64,000 nt of DNA. Origin: Gammaproteobacteria bacterium. Its GTDB lineage: Bacteria; Pseudomonadota; Gammaproteobacteria; JAIEPX01. The notes under the pieces are model-generated. The model did no database searches and was not told where the DNA came from. It saw only the letters and a list, made by a program, of their open reading frames with translations. A program made the position numbers and the translations under genes. Where the stretch lies: NCBI GenBank assembly GCA_019748175.1, contig JAIEPX010000012.1, forward strand, positions 1,858 to 65,857. Direction: 5' to 3'. Positions 63,233 to 64,000 of this stretch are shown piece after piece (positions within the stretch are counted from its first letter, which is position 1; every line of letters starts with the position of its first letter).

Positions 63233-64000
63233 ATGAAAAGAGCTCCGATTGAATTTGATAAGCTTAGCCATGATATCTGGCTCATAGAGGGTAAGCTCAA
63301 TGCTCGCTCTCTTTCTAAAGCAATGGAAGATGGCAAGCAATCAGCTAAAATTTGGAGCTCTTTTCAAGAGCATCTTATTCAAAGTGAAAGGGATACTCTT
63401 CTAAAGGAAAAAAATCCTCATTTACGACTCTACAGTGAGTTATACAGTCTTTTAGAATCTCCGGTTTCCGCTGATAAACAACGGAAGTTAGCCAAGTTGG
63501 TACAAAAACACTCTGTGTTTGTAGTCAATCAACTTCAGCATGATTCTGAACTTCGAATAAAGTTTCTTTTATCACTTCGGGATTGTTCGCATATAGCGTC
63601 TGAATATCGAATTCTACTCGAGCAAATTACAAAGACTCCGGCTCTTGCAAAGGATTTTGAAACGCTATTACTAGGTTATATGACTAATACGCCTTGCAAC
63701 CCTCCTCTTCACATTCCTTACCACAACAAAGGCCTTCGTAGTTTCCTAGTTAACAGCTACGAGACCTACCCTACAATATCATTGATGTTGCTGAGGAATC
63801 CTGAAAACTTTAAAATTGAGTTTATCGCACGTACTGTGTTATCTCGAAACACTCTGCCCTCTGAATTCAAGGCCGAACTTAAATCTCTTAGATGGCAATT
63901 TAGGAATTTACTTAAGTTAATAATCGCCTCTGTCTCTACGACGCTAGGCGATTTAATGTTTAACACTCCTCCCATCACCTCAAAACTTCTAGATACCATT
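63233..64000 (+). CDS. Hypothetical protein, 3'-truncated by window (absent from the ORF track)
   Basis: Hand translation MKRAPIEFDKLSHDIW... is open for 256 codons to the window end; AAGGA RBS. Confidence 0.75.
   Translation, partial: MKRAPIEFDKLSHDIWLIEGKLNARSLSKAMEDGKQSAKIWSSFQEHLIQSERDTLLKEKNPHLRLYSELYSLLESPVSADKQRKLAKLVQKHSVFVVNQLQHDSELRIKFLLSLRDCSHIASEYRILLEQITKTPALAKDFETLLLGYMTNTPCNPPLHIPYHNKGLRSFLVNSYETYPTISLMLLRNPENFKIEFIARTVLSRNTLPSEFKAELKSLRWQFRNLLKLIIASVSTTLGDLMFNTPPITSKLLDTI

Overview
AT-rich gammaproteobacterial chromosome segment whose gene set points to a Legionellales/Coxiellales-like, probably intracellular organism (inference from Mip, AddAB, an F-box/ankyrin protein and a PmrA-type box). 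The housekeeping backbone runs smc-zipA-ligA, mutM, fabV-udk, smr/prmB-asd, fimV-truA, accD-folC-dedD-cvpA-miaE, a partial liu leucine-catabolism cluster, addAB, ppiB-mlaEFD and mip. It is interrupted by about 14 orphan, effector-like genes, several carrying eukaryotic motifs: a mitochondrial-presequence-like N-terminus, F-box plus ankyrin repeats, SH3-ligand repeats, YEEI and RxL motifs, and NLS-like clusters. The most notable structure is that short palindromic or direct-repeat elements of several families sit at the borders of these accessory genes and bracket three of the blocks as direct repeats. No transposase or integrase is present in the window. A 570-bp nested-palindrome element and a shared promoter motif on three ~610-630 aa orphans are also visible. 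No rRNA, tRNA or CRISPR array was recognised. All family calls are by eye and unverified by database search.
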